The notes under the pieces were generated by a model that did not search any database, was not told where the DNA came from, and saw only the letters and a program-made list of their open reading frames with translations. The translations under genes and the position numbers were made by a program. Shown one piece after another: positions 20,584 to 30,555 of a DNA stretch of 64,000 nucleotides; the first letter of the stretch is position 1, and every line of letters begins with the position of its first letter. Source of the DNA: a virus. Lineage: Duplodnaviria > Heunggongvirae > Uroviricota > Caudoviricetes. The stretch lies in the IMG/VR virus record IMGVR_UViG_3300028584_001240, one strand, 5' to 3'.

Positions 20584-20659
20584 TGGTGCTAAGGACGGGA
20601 TTCGAACCCGTGACCATCGGTTTTAGGGACCGCTGCTCTTACCGCTGAGCTACCAAAGC
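20584..20659 (-). tRNA. tRNA with CUA anticodon (putative amber suppressor or pseudo-tRNA)
   Basis: GCTTTGGTAGCTCAGCGGTAAGAGCAGCGGT-CC-CTA-AA-ACCGATGGTCACGGGTTCGAATCCCGTCCTTAGCACCA; C33 and two U-U acceptor mismatches. Confidence 0.7.
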
Positions 20660-20746
20660 ATTTAATCTTTACTGCTTGTTTGTGTTGAGTAATTATACAT
20701 CAACATCTGACACTAATCAAGCTTTTATTTAATTTATTTCTAAATT

Positions 20747-20823
20747 TGGTGGGACTTGTAGGACTTGAACCTACGACCTGCCGATTATGAGTCGGACGCT
20801 CTAACCAACTGAGCTAAAGTCCC
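20747..20823 (-). tRNA. tRNA-Ile2-type (CAU), copy 2
   Basis: Near-identical to 19801-19877. Confidence 0.85.
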
Positions 20824-20827
20824 TTAA

Positions 20828-21238
20828 TTACAGCATCAACCATTTAAAACGTTCAGCGTAGGCTTGTTTGTTTTGTTCAGTCGCCACACCGAAATTATCT
20901 TCATACAAATAAGCCATACCTCGAATATCTGAAACAGACTGAGCTAATTCTGGATACATGATGGTATCTAAACGATAACCGCCACGACCATTCTTACCCT
21001 TCCATCTTTCCCAAACTAAAACCGCTTTAGTATCGACTTTACAAACTTTTTCATATTTAAAGTTACCAAGATACTGAACACAGCCACCAGAAGCAGCCAC
21101 TAAGACCTTAATACCTTTCGGGTTAACCTTAACAACTTTACCAGAACACAAAGAATAATCAATCAAAACTTTCACATCATCACCAACTGACAATGCTTTA
21201 TCTTTATTCATTAGAACAATGTGTTCTTCATAGCTCAT
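20828..21238 (-). CDS. hypothetical protein
   Basis: Start moved to ATG 21238 (SD AGGAG) because the longer ORF overlaps tRNA-Arg. Confidence 0.7.
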   Translation of the reverse strand: MSYEEHIVLMNKDKALSVGDDVKVLIDYSLCSGKVVKVNPKGIKVLVAASGGCVQYLGNFKYEKVCKVDTKAVLVWERWKGKNGRGGYRLDTIMYPELAQSVSDIRGMAYLYEDNFGVATEQNKQAYAERFKWLML

Positions 21239-21255
21239 AAAGTTACTCCTAAATT

Positions 21256-21332
21256 TGGTGTCTACGGTTGGATTCGAACCAACGACCATCCGCTTAGAAG
21301 GCGGATGCTCTATCCAACTGAGCTACGCAGAC
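21256..21332 (-). tRNA. tRNA-Arg(UCU)
   Basis: Loop CT-TCT-AA, A20 in D-loop (GGATAGAGC), CCA. Confidence 0.95.
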
Positions 21333-21498
21333 ATGTTTTTTACTTCGTTGTTTTCATTCGCTTATCTTATCTAAAAAACTCTTACGTGTCAACAAGTTTT
21401 TTATTTTTATTTGTTTTTAAGCTTTGCATTCAAAGTGTTGCGTCTTTTTGAATATGACGCTATTTTATTATATGAATGGATAGATGTCAACACCTATC

Positions 21499-22992
21499 TC
21501 AAAAGTTTTTCAACTTATTGAGTTTTTTAGGTGCTGAATCAAACGAGTATTTTGAGAATATCGCTTTCTTTTCTTCTTGTGTTTCATAGAAGTGGATATT
21601 CACTTTACCATCCAGAGCCTTGATAATGTCTGGGGCTGTATTCTTTGGCATTGCTACTGCTTGGAAGTCATCAAAGTAGATAACTTTTTGTGGTTTACCT
21701 TCAAAATAATGACTACTTAGATTTTTAATTCCATGACAGATGTCAAAACCTTCATTAATAACCTCTTGTGGTATAGCAGTAACATCAAAACCTTGTTTAG
21801 CTAATTTTGTATAAAATTGATCTACGGTTGATACACGAGCTAATGCCAAAGATAAATATTCTTGAACATCAAAAAATCTTGAATAAGGTGAATGGGGTTG
21901 TATCTTTTCGGCCAATTCAAAAATTCTCTTATTGAGAGCGTCTGTTTGATTGTGACGATCTTCCATTGTGTCCAATTTGTCAACATAGCTAATCATATCA
22001 TCATAAGAAGTAAATTGTGTAGAATAACTAGAAGATATTTTACCAATGCTGGTATCATTAACATCTTCGGCTCCTGTCACTTGCTGTCTTAACATATATT
22101 TGGAAATCGTGTCTAAGTTGTATTCAACTTTTCGTGTGCCATTTCTCAAATGCGGCTTAACAAAAATATCTTGCGTAAGTCCAGAAAAGAATTCATTGTA
22201 ATCAGCCGTGTGACTATCAGCAAACTTACTTAATTCATCCCTAGCCTTCTCAACATCTAAGATTTTAGAATCACCAGAATAACGTTTAACATCGTTAATA
22301 ATTTTTTCCAGATCACTGGAATAACTATTAATATCACCTTGTTGATTAAAGATAGTTTTCTTGTAACCATTCATAATGTCATCAGCAATCGTCAAACCGA
22401 TAGTCTCTTTGTAGTAAGTATGTCTTCTTTCTAATACAGCATGCAAAGCTGTCTTGAAGTCGTCATCATGTTGAAGGGTATGTATTCTCTTTTTCATATA
22501 GTCTTGAAAAATGAGGTCGGCTGAAAGATCAGATTGCAATTTATCAATCTTAGTAGGAAGTTCATAAGCAGGATTCATTTTTTGTATAAACATCAAACGA
22601 ACAAGAGGACTTGATTTTAAACGGTCTTCAATATAATCTGATGATTTTCTTTTCAATGAATCCAAATCATATAAATTAAATAAAGGTTCAAGACTTTTAT
22701 TGTTATCCACCATAGTGTCTAATTGTTTATGAAGACTGCTGAGTGCTTTCTTATCTATATCATAATAGAGTTCTGGAATTCTTTGAGAAAATATATCACG
22801 ATCAAAAAATAGATTTTTCTTATCTTTTGGATTAACAGATTCTGGTTTTAGGATGAAGGTGATATTGCCAAAACGTGTAAATTCATTATCAGGTTTCATA
22901 GCCGCGATGCTTGGTAGAGGCATTCCACCAAGTTCAACGGCTTTTCTGAGTTTTGATTCGGATAATGAGTGAACTATGATTATTTTAGACAT
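21499..22992 (-). CDS. hypothetical protein resembling a domain of large polyvalent proteins of mobile elements; basic tail
   Basis: VHSLSE.KL...GGMPLPSIA...FGNI...YFEGKP; ends KKLNKLKNF*; family call tentative. Confidence 0.55.
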   Translation of the reverse strand: MSKIIIVHSLSESKLRKAVELGGMPLPSIAAMKPDNEFTRFGNITFILKPESVNPKDKKNLFFDRDIFSQRIPELYYDIDKKALSSLHKQLDTMVDNNKSLEPLFNLYDLDSLKRKSSDYIEDRLKSSPLVRLMFIQKMNPAYELPTKIDKLQSDLSADLIFQDYMKKRIHTLQHDDDFKTALHAVLERRHTYYKETIGLTIADDIMNGYKKTIFNQQGDINSYSSDLEKIINDVKRYSGDSKILDVEKARDELSKFADSHTADYNEFFSGLTQDIFVKPHLRNGTRKVEYNLDTISKYMLRQQVTGAEDVNDTSIGKISSSYSTQFTSYDDMISYVDKLDTMEDRHNQTDALNKRIFELAEKIQPHSPYSRFFDVQEYLSLALARVSTVDQFYTKLAKQGFDVTAIPQEVINEGFDICHGIKNLSSHYFEGKPQKVIYFDDFQAVAMPKNTAPDIIKALDGKVNIHFYETQEEKKAIFSKYSFDSAPKKLNKLKNF

Positions 22993-23038
22993 ATTTTTCT
23001 TTATATTGTTAGGTATATTTTACCATATTTTTATAAAG

Positions 23039-23683
23039 TTAAAAGTCAACCATTTTAATAATTTCAAGATGTTCATCAATGAAATTACAAGGTTCAATGT
23101 CTTCTTCGATAAGAAATTGATTGATGCGATAAGCTTCAACGCCTGAAACTTTTAGGTCTGAAACAGCCTTTTCCGCCAGAAATCGAGAGAAGATGTCGTT
23201 ATAATGAACATCAATAGCTTCTTGTTTCTTCAAGTTGATAACAACACCATTCAAACTCAAGTAAGATTTCTTAGGTGAAAATGAAAGGAATGCTGAAACA
23301 CCAAAGGAGGTATCAAACATAAATTTCACAATTGCCATATTGCTATGTTCTTCATAAATAACTTTACGAATTTTATCAAATTTAAAAAGAAAAGGGTTCA
23401 CGTTGAACAATTGATAAAAATAACCAAAACCATCAATATAATCAATAATGGCACTATCTTGGTCAATGAGATAACTTTCTGGAAGGTTGGTTTGAACGAC
23501 AAACTTATTATCAACAACCATTACACTAGCGGTGGTAAAGAATGTATCAGTTTCAATTTCAATGCTACCATCACCCAAATCTTTCAAATTAATGATGTTA
23601 GGGAACAAGGCAGTCAAGAACTTTAGAACGTCTTCATTTTTCAAAACTTGATTAGTCTTTGATACCATTGTTAAAATCCTCAT
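23039..23683 (-). CDS. hypothetical protein, C-terminal motif group
   Basis: ends HLEIIKMVDF*. Confidence 0.7.
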   Translation of the reverse strand: MRILTMVSKTNQVLKNEDVLKFLTALFPNIINLKDLGDGSIEIETDTFFTTASVMVVDNKFVVQTNLPESYLIDQDSAIIDYIDGFGYFYQLFNVNPFLFKFDKIRKVIYEEHSNMAIVKFMFDTSFGVSAFLSFSPKKSYLSLNGVVINLKKQEAIDVHYNDIFSRFLAEKAVSDLKVSGVEAYRINQFLIEEDIEPCNFIDEHLEIIKMVDF

Positions 23684-23735
23684 TCATTTATAATATGCGA
23701 GTATTATAGCAAAAAGAGGATCTATGTGCAATCAA

Positions 23736-25061
23736 TTAATTTAAAAGATTCTGAGTTGTTTTCCATTCATCAATATAGAATTGTGAAATTTGATTAGGCG
23801 ACTGTGAATTGAGATACGTTGGACATGAGTTGTGTTCTATAATGGGGCTACGCTTAGGAGTATTAAGGTAGTTGAAAAAATTACGTTCAATACCAATAAC
23901 ATCTGCCACAAGGTTTTTAACTTGCTGTTTATAAATACCATTCAAACGATTAAACTCACTGGTATATTCAGAAATAGCTATCGCCGTTGTTCTGGTATCC
24001 ACTGATACTTTAATTTTGTTATTATAGAGAATTGATTCGTCTATTGTTGGACGAATGTTAAATAAGTTGCAATGAGCCAACAACTGATCTTCATCGTTCT
24101 GAATATGAAGAACAATGGTAATAATCTGGTCAATGACTGGTGTGTTTTCTGCCACAAAAACACAGCAATCCGCCATTACTATGTTGTCTTTGTTCATCAA
24201 CGTTAATTCATAAGGAATATGACCCCTCAACGGGCTGTGGGTCATATTGATCAATGACACACTACGCTTTTGACGAAAATGCCAATTGTATTTATCACCT
24301 TGCACTGTAAAGCCATCACCATTCACAAAACTAGTAATATTCTTTTTGCCAAACAGGTTGCTAAACTTTTTAACACCTTTTTTGATTGCTTTTTTAGCTG
24401 AAAGAACACGTTCATTTTCAACAGCCCGAGTGACAATATCATCACGGTCAATAATTCGATTACCATCGGTAAGCACCATATTTGTGCCTTCGATAGATTT
24501 ATGAAGCATAGACACATGATGTTTCCTTAGTTCATCAGAAGTGGCGGTAACATTCATTGAAAGCTTCAAACGGTCTTTGATGTTAACCATATATTCATAC
24601 AAACGATTCTCTTGCATAATAACCGTTGCAATGTTAGCTGGAAACAAGATATCAGATTCATTCAGAATATTCACAACATTACGTTCACGACCCATCGTAA
24701 AGTAGAAAGAATTGATTTTTTCCTCGATACCATTGTTATTTAAATAGTTGCGAACGAGAATGTTGGTGACACTACCGACGAATTCATTGAATTGCATATC
24801 CGATGAATACACATTCGTTGAAAGCAATACACCCTGAGTCAATGGATCTTGATCTTCCATCCATTCATACATCATGGTTGAAAGGTTTTTCATAGACGAA
24901 CAAGCCCCTTCAGTGGAATATCCAACGTCATACATATCAAAGTAGTTATTAAGATTCAAATTAGCAAAAAAAGATGCATTATGAACATCAGGAGTCATTT
25001 CCAAGAGTTCAAAAGCTGAATCCATCACATAGTGAATGTCAGGGCTTGCAATAGTAGGCAT
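23736..25061 (-). CDS. hypothetical protein
   Basis: 441 aa ORF, SD GAGG. Confidence 0.75.
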   Translation of the reverse strand: MPTIASPDIHYVMDSAFELLEMTPDVHNASFFANLNLNNYFDMYDVGYSTEGACSSMKNLSTMMYEWMEDQDPLTQGVLLSTNVYSSDMQFNEFVGSVTNILVRNYLNNNGIEEKINSFYFTMGRERNVVNILNESDILFPANIATVIMQENRLYEYMVNIKDRLKLSMNVTATSDELRKHHVSMLHKSIEGTNMVLTDGNRIIDRDDIVTRAVENERVLSAKKAIKKGVKKFSNLFGKKNITSFVNGDGFTVQGDKYNWHFRQKRSVSLINMTHSPLRGHIPYELTLMNKDNIVMADCCVFVAENTPVIDQIITIVLHIQNDEDQLLAHCNLFNIRPTIDESILYNNKIKVSVDTRTTAIAISEYTSEFNRLNGIYKQQVKNLVADVIGIERNFFNYLNTPKRSPIIEHNSCPTYLNSQSPNQISQFYIDEWKTTQNLLN

Positions 25062-25072
25062 AAAACGTCCTC

Positions 25073-25528
25073 TTAACCGGCTACAATACGTGGAGTTGCA
25101 ATGGTATGACTTTTCATAACTTCGTTAGCAGTCTTAGCTTTGCGAACAGTATTATAACTGGATTCAGGCACGTTTGCAATTCCAATACGACCCGCTTTAA
25201 AAAGATTTTCAGAGGCTTCATCACCCAACTTCAAAGTTTCACCCAGAATAGCTTTTGCACCACCTTTAATGGCATCTGTCTCCATAACGACTTCACGACC
25301 TTTGATTTCAGAAATGTTACGAATAGTTTTCTTTTTAGACCCTAGTGCTTTAAGGAAAGACACCCGAGGTTCAAGGATAAAAAAACAATAACCTGCGTCA
25401 ATTTTATCTTGAATCATTTTCTTGATTTCAGCATCTTCACCATCTTCCCACGTCAAGGTAATGTCACCTGTGCTGTTAAGAAGAGTAGTGCTATAAAATT
25501 CAGTTGTCTCGGTCATGATGTTCTCCAT
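25073..25528 (-). CDS. hypothetical protein
   Basis: 151 aa ORF co-oriented with 23736-25061. Confidence 0.7.
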   Translation of the reverse strand: MENIMTETTEFYSTTLLNSTGDITLTWEDGEDAEIKKMIQDKIDAGYCFFILEPRVSFLKALGSKKKTIRNISEIKGREVVMETDAIKGGAKAILGETLKLGDEASENLFKAGRIGIANVPESSYNTVRKAKTANEVMKSHTIATPRIVAG

Positions 25529-25814
25529 TAGAATTGAGGTGATTATACTAAAAAATCAATAAAAGGTCAAACAGTTTGATGACATCGAGAAAAAATAAAA
25601 ATACAGAATAATGCAATAATAACGTAATTTTATACCATTATGACGATAAAAAGATATAAAAAATATTTTCAAGTTCTTTTTGATTATATATTTTTCATTA
25701 TTTAAAAGTAAATGTAACCGTCAATATTTCAACACGATTGAAGTGTGGAAGATGTAACCTGTTGATTTCAATATTTTATGTGCTAGGCTGGTAGGAAATC
25801 AACCTAAGAGGAAA

Positions 25815-26429
25815 ATGATTATGAAAAAATTAGTGCTTGCAGCAACAATTATGGCAGTCAGTTCAATGGGTTCAATAGGCGTTGCTAGTGCAACCGAATC
25901 AACATTTGTTGGTGGCACAGTAGGTCAAACTTGGTCCAGAGTAACAAGTAGTCAAGCAGCAAAAGATAACCTTGATTATGCTGATTTCAATAACGTGTTC
26001 AACCAAGACACAACTTGGGGCATTCGAGCTGGTAAAGATTTAGGTGACAAAAGATTTTACGCCACTTATGACTACACATCCGGTGCAGCTCATCACAATA
26101 AACTTACTCAGGAGAACTTAATCGGTTCAGCAGATTACATCTATCCAGTCAATGACATGGGTACACGAGTATTTGCAGGTCTTTCTGCCGGTGTTAACAG
26201 CTTGAATAACACAACAGCAGGTTACACCAGTAACCGTTCATACGGCTTCACATACGGTGGTCAAGTAGGTGTTCTACAGACTGTCGCTGAGAACTTCGAA
26301 GTTGAAGGCGGTTTAAAATACATGCTCAACAACAACAACGTCGATTTCCGTGAAGATGGTGATAAAGTAGGCACAGCCACATTGAAAAATAACAAAACAA
26401 TGTATCTTGGTTTGAACTACCATTTCTAA
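25815..26429 (+). CDS. outer-membrane beta-barrel protein (8-stranded OmpA-TM/Ail-like)
   Basis: Signal peptide, alternating beta strands (YGGQVGVL, VEGGLKY), C-terminal BAM signal YLGLNYHF. Confidence 0.85.
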   Translation: MIMKKLVLAATIMAVSSMGSIGVASATESTFVGGTVGQTWSRVTSSQAAKDNLDYADFNNVFNQDTTWGIRAGKDLGDKRFYATYDYTSGAAHHNKLTQENLIGSADYIYPVNDMGTRVFAGLSAGVNSLNNTTAGYTSNRSYGFTYGGQVGVLQTVAENFEVEGGLKYMLNNNNVDFREDGDKVGTATLKNNKTMYLGLNYHF

Positions 26430-26536
26430 TGGTCTGTTGATTTATTAAAAAAGCCCTTTTCGAAGGGTTTTTTTGTTTGATTTCGCTTGAGTTTTCTTAT
26501 TAATAAGTATAATGTTGGAATAGGAGAATTTTTAAA

Positions 26537-26929
26537 ATGCATCATAAAATAAATTATAAAAGAATTTTTACATTACTGGGAATTGGTATTTCTATAGTTG
26601 CAATTGTTTTATACGTTGCATTAATAGAAAACAAGGTTGAAGAATACCCATTCATAGGGGATTGGAACTGTCACCAAAAAGAATCAGTAGTGATCATGAA
26701 TTTAAAGATAACCGACTCAACTATGTTTGAAAACGGTAAAAAACTACCAGACTACTATCCAGAAGCCAGTAAATCAAAAGAAAACACGTACAATCTTTAC
26801 AATGGAAATATCAAGTTTGCCAAGGTTAAAGAACTCAATAAAAATAAAATAAGTTTTAAGAAGTCTGCGATAAACGAAAAAACATATTATTGCAAGCGTG
26901 TTATGACTGAAAAGAGTAGTTTAAAATAG
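26537..26929 (+). CDS. membrane-anchored small beta protein
   Basis: N-terminal TM helix, PFIGDWNC...CKR. Confidence 0.65.
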   Translation: MHHKINYKRIFTLLGIGISIVAIVLYVALIENKVEEYPFIGDWNCHQKESVVIMNLKITDSTMFENGKKLPDYYPEASKSKENTYNLYNGNIKFAKVKELNKNKISFKKSAINEKTYYCKRVMTEKSSLK

Positions 26930-26940
26930 GAGAATCTGCA

Positions 26941-27705
26941 ATGATTGAAGCTATTACAGAATGTATGGAAAGGATATCATCAGGAAAAATTGATAAAAAT
27001 TTAATCACTCTCAACAATACAGTAAAAAATGAAAATATTTTTATTATTGACGACACACTCTGTGATGAACACTATCATCGGCCAACTATCATCATTAACG
27101 ATAACATCATCCATTTTATAATGACAATGGAACAATCTTCTTTGTATCTAAATGATGATTGTTTAAATGCAGTCAACCATTTTAACAATGAATTGATGTC
27201 TTACATCAATATCTATAAACAACTCCAACCCAATAACGATTTCAGCATAATGGATAGATACATTAAGGTTACTTATGATGTGCAAAAACAAAATTACGAT
27301 GTTTTCTTTGCTTATCACAATGCCTTATTTCTAAAACATGCCGAACAATTAAACCAGCACATCTGGACATCAGCGATTCGTTCAGCCATGATGAGAGCAC
27401 CCAACATTATTGTATTTGGCGAGTTAAGTGAGACAGGGGCGGCAGTATTGTTGAATAACACAAAAAAAATGATATTATTTCCCATTACCAATAATAATCT
27501 AATTTATTCTACTGAGCTAAAAGAGCTTGATCATTGTTTCATGACTAGGAATGGCTTATACAAAGAAAACGAATTGTTTAACGCAATTCAGTCATACTTA
27601 GATTTAACTGAAAGTGATGATTGCAATATTTTAGACCCAAATCTAATAAAAAATAAAACACATTTTGATAATTTGATGAAGATACATCAGATTATTAAAT
27701 TCTAA
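26941..27705 (+). CDS. hypothetical protein with PilT-like Walker B segment; C-terminal motif group
   Basis: WTSAIRSAMMRAPNIIVFGEL; ends LMKIHQIIKF*; paralog of next gene. Confidence 0.75.
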   Translation: MIEAITECMERISSGKIDKNLITLNNTVKNENIFIIDDTLCDEHYHRPTIIINDNIIHFIMTMEQSSLYLNDDCLNAVNHFNNELMSYINIYKQLQPNNDFSIMDRYIKVTYDVQKQNYDVFFAYHNALFLKHAEQLNQHIWTSAIRSAMMRAPNIIVFGELSETGAAVLLNNTKKMILFPITNNNLIYSTELKELDHCFMTRNGLYKENELFNAIQSYLDLTESDDCNILDPNLIKNKTHFDNLMKIHQIIKF

Positions 27706-27721
27706 ATAGGACAATTATTAT

Positions 27722-28495
27722 ATGACTCAAGAAATTAAAGTATTCTTAAAAAACGTTACCCAAAAAAGTAAAATAAATGACAACACAAAAATCATTCAAA
27801 TTGAAGACAAAGATATTTATATAATTGATAATAATTCTTTAAATCATTGTAAGTATAATCCTACACTCTTAAAAATGAATAATAAAATAATATTTAACAT
27901 GAATTTTGAACAAGCCTTATATTATTTAGAAAATAAATATGTTAAAGAAATAAATAAATTCAATAATTTATTAAATGAATATGTTCAAATTTATAATCAA
28001 ATTCAAATGTCATATAATATAAAAGAAATTGAAAAACATATAAAAATTGAGTATAATTTAGATACAAAGACCTATAATTTATATTTCATATTATTCAAGA
28101 GTTCTTTTTACACCAGAGAAGAAAAGAATAACCCTCATAATGGTTTTACTGCAGCAATACGATCTGCTATGCGATGCGATCCTGATATCATCATGGTAGG
28201 AGAACTGCAAAGTTTAGACTATAATGAAAATATGCTATTATCAAAAAACAGTAGAAAAATTATATTATTCCATACAGAAATGAATCTAATTTATTCAAGT
28301 GATATTAAACCATTAGATAACATGTTTACTGTAGATGTTAAAGGTAATTATAAAAATAGTGAACTATTTGATGCAATACAGTCATATTTAAATATAACTG
28401 AATCGACTGAATATAATATATTAGACCCAAATATAATAAGTGATAAACTTAAATTGAATGAATATATAACATTAAGTAGAATGATTGACATATAA
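27722..28495 (+). CDS. hypothetical protein with PilT-like Walker B segment; C-terminal motif group
   Basis: FTAAIRSAMRCDPDIIMVGEL; ends YITLSRMIDI*. Confidence 0.75.
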   Translation: MTQEIKVFLKNVTQKSKINDNTKIIQIEDKDIYIIDNNSLNHCKYNPTLLKMNNKIIFNMNFEQALYYLENKYVKEINKFNNLLNEYVQIYNQIQMSYNIKEIEKHIKIEYNLDTKTYNLYFILFKSSFYTREEKNNPHNGFTAAIRSAMRCDPDIIMVGELQSLDYNENMLLSKNSRKIILFHTEMNLIYSSDIKPLDNMFTVDVKGNYKNSELFDAIQSYLNITESTEYNILDPNIISDKLKLNEYITLSRMIDI

Positions 28496-28529
28496 CAAAA
28501 AACCTCATCACTGAGGTTTTTTTCGACTA

Positions 28530-29903
28530 TTAGATTTTTCTCAATTCAAAAGTTGCACCTTTATCAAGAATTTGCCAACCTTGTGATTGAACCTGTTGAC
28601 GATACTGATCAGCTAATGCATAGTTTTTATCTAATTTAGCCTGTTGACGTTTATTAACAAGGTCTACTATCTCTGCAGATGGTTTTGCGGCTTCCGTCAT
28701 CCATTTCTCATAAACCGTTTCTAATGTGGCTTCTGATGGTAAGACGGCTAACAATTTGAACACTTTCAAGACATCTTCGGCTACATTCAAGGATTTAGAC
28801 CTACGCAAGTTCTTCAAGCCTTCATGAAGCACAATAATGACTTGTGGTGTATTGAAATCATCTTCCAATGCATTAAGAGCTTGTTCAAAATAAGCATTGT
28901 CATCAAAATTATCAACCACATATTCTGGTATATCACGAGCGAAGTTATCCCAGTGCCTTTGTGCATCTTGAAGTTCATCGACTTTAAATTCCTGTGATTG
29001 ATTGTATTGTCCTTTATTCAAGAACAGTTTCAATGCTTCACCCGAGTAGACTGTCAACATATCTTTCACGTAGATAGAGTTACCCAACGATTTTGAGAGC
29101 TTTTTACCATCACTTGTCATCATCCCATTGTGTAACCAATAATTGGCTGGGTTAACACCATTATGAGCAACACTCTGCAAGATTTCATTTTCATGATGTG
29201 GAAAGATAAGGTCACGACCACCTCCATGAATATCAAAATGTTTACCTAATGTATGATGATGCATAACAGAACATTCAATATGCCAACCGGGACGGCCTTG
29301 CTTACTAAATACATTACTGTGATATCCATACTTATCATCAAGCTTCCATAATGCAAAGTCAGCTTTATGTTTCTTGTTGTATTCTTTATCATCCAGTCTG
29401 GAATTTTCATCCAAATCCTGCACAATCTTTTTGGAGAGTGGATAACGTTCTTGTTTATTCTTCTGAGTGTCAAAGTAAATACCATCGTCAGTTAAATAAG
29501 CGGTGCCATTTTCAATGAGATCTTCGATGTAATCTGAAATTTCTGGAAGGTATTGAGTCACACGAGGTTCTACATCAGGCATAGGAATTTGCATTTGTTC
29601 TAAAACGGCATGGAATTTATCAATATAGCTGTTTACCAAATCAAGCGGATCAACACCTAATTTTTCTGCCTTCATGATAATTTTGTCATCAACATCAGTG
29701 ATATTACGAACAAGCTTAACTTTCTGACCTTTTGCTAAGAAATAGTTTCTCATCACTTCAAATGAAATGATACTTTTAAGGTGCCCAATGTGAATGTCGT
29801 CATAAAGTGTTACACCACAGACATAAATGCTCACTTCACCAGTTTTATTAGCAACAAAGGTTTCTTTTTGACCTGATAGTGTATTGAGCATTTTTAAATT
29901 CAC
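28530..29903 (-). CDS. cysS: cysteine--tRNA ligase
   Basis: YVCGVT.YD..HIGH, NITDVDDKII, DFALWK, GRPGWHIECS, DIHGGGRDLIFPHHENE, KLSKSLGN, DDFNTP. Confidence 0.97.
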   Translation of the reverse strand: MNLKMLNTLSGQKETFVANKTGEVSIYVCGVTLYDDIHIGHLKSIISFEVMRNYFLAKGQKVKLVRNITDVDDKIIMKAEKLGVDPLDLVNSYIDKFHAVLEQMQIPMPDVEPRVTQYLPEISDYIEDLIENGTAYLTDDGIYFDTQKNKQERYPLSKKIVQDLDENSRLDDKEYNKKHKADFALWKLDDKYGYHSNVFSKQGRPGWHIECSVMHHHTLGKHFDIHGGGRDLIFPHHENEILQSVAHNGVNPANYWLHNGMMTSDGKKLSKSLGNSIYVKDMLTVYSGEALKLFLNKGQYNQSQEFKVDELQDAQRHWDNFARDIPEYVVDNFDDNAYFEQALNALEDDFNTPQVIIVLHEGLKNLRRSKSLNVAEDVLKVFKLLAVLPSEATLETVYEKWMTEAAKPSAEIVDLVNKRQQAKLDKNYALADQYRQQVQSQGWQILDKGATFELRKI

Positions 29904-29993
29904 TTGAATTCTCCTATAATATTTTTAAACTATAACAAAAAAAATAAAATTAGACAACAGAGAATTTTATTTTCATTTTAACCTTTGTTTATT

Positions 29994-30503
29994 TTATTGG
30001 GGTTTATCTTGATCACTATTGTCTAATGTAAAACAAGCAATGAACATAAGCATGAAAACCCATAAAAATGCATAAATACGACCATATTCACTAAAAGGAT
30101 CTTCATTTAAATTAAGATAGATCATATATAGAAGCGTATATAAAAAGAAAAAAGAAGTAGCACCTAGACCAATAATTCTCCATTGAAATATTGATTCTTT
30201 ACAATTTGGATCAATTTTACAGTAAACGCATAAAGACCATAAGCAAACCAGTAAGCAAGCCCACAACATATATTGACCTACAGCTGAAAAGACAGGTTTT
30301 AAAAATTGTGCAGTAGCCACAAATCCACCCGCCACAACAGAATAGACAACTTCAATAGTAGTTGAAATCCCATACCAGATAGCCCCACCATAATTGAACA
30401 ATATAAAGCCAAGGGCTACAATAGCTGCCAGTGTTAATGCACATTTTAAAGCATGTTTTTTAACATTTGGATCTCTTCTATGAGTATTTGAATAATTAAG
30501 CAT
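29994..30503 (-). CDS. multi-TM membrane protein, paralog family (LWSxCVxxK)
   Basis: MLNYSNTHRRDPN...LWSLCVYCKI. Confidence 0.75.
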   Translation of the reverse strand: MLNYSNTHRRDPNVKKHALKCALTLAAIVALGFILFNYGGAIWYGISTTIEVVYSVVAGGFVATAQFLKPVFSAVGQYMLWACLLVCLWSLCVYCKIDPNCKESIFQWRIIGLGATSFFFLYTLLYMIYLNLNEDPFSEYGRIYAFLWVFMLMFIACFTLDNSDQDKPQ

Positions 30504-30555
30504 GTAAACTCCTATTAAAATTAAAAATGAATACCATTAAGAATAATTTTACTAA

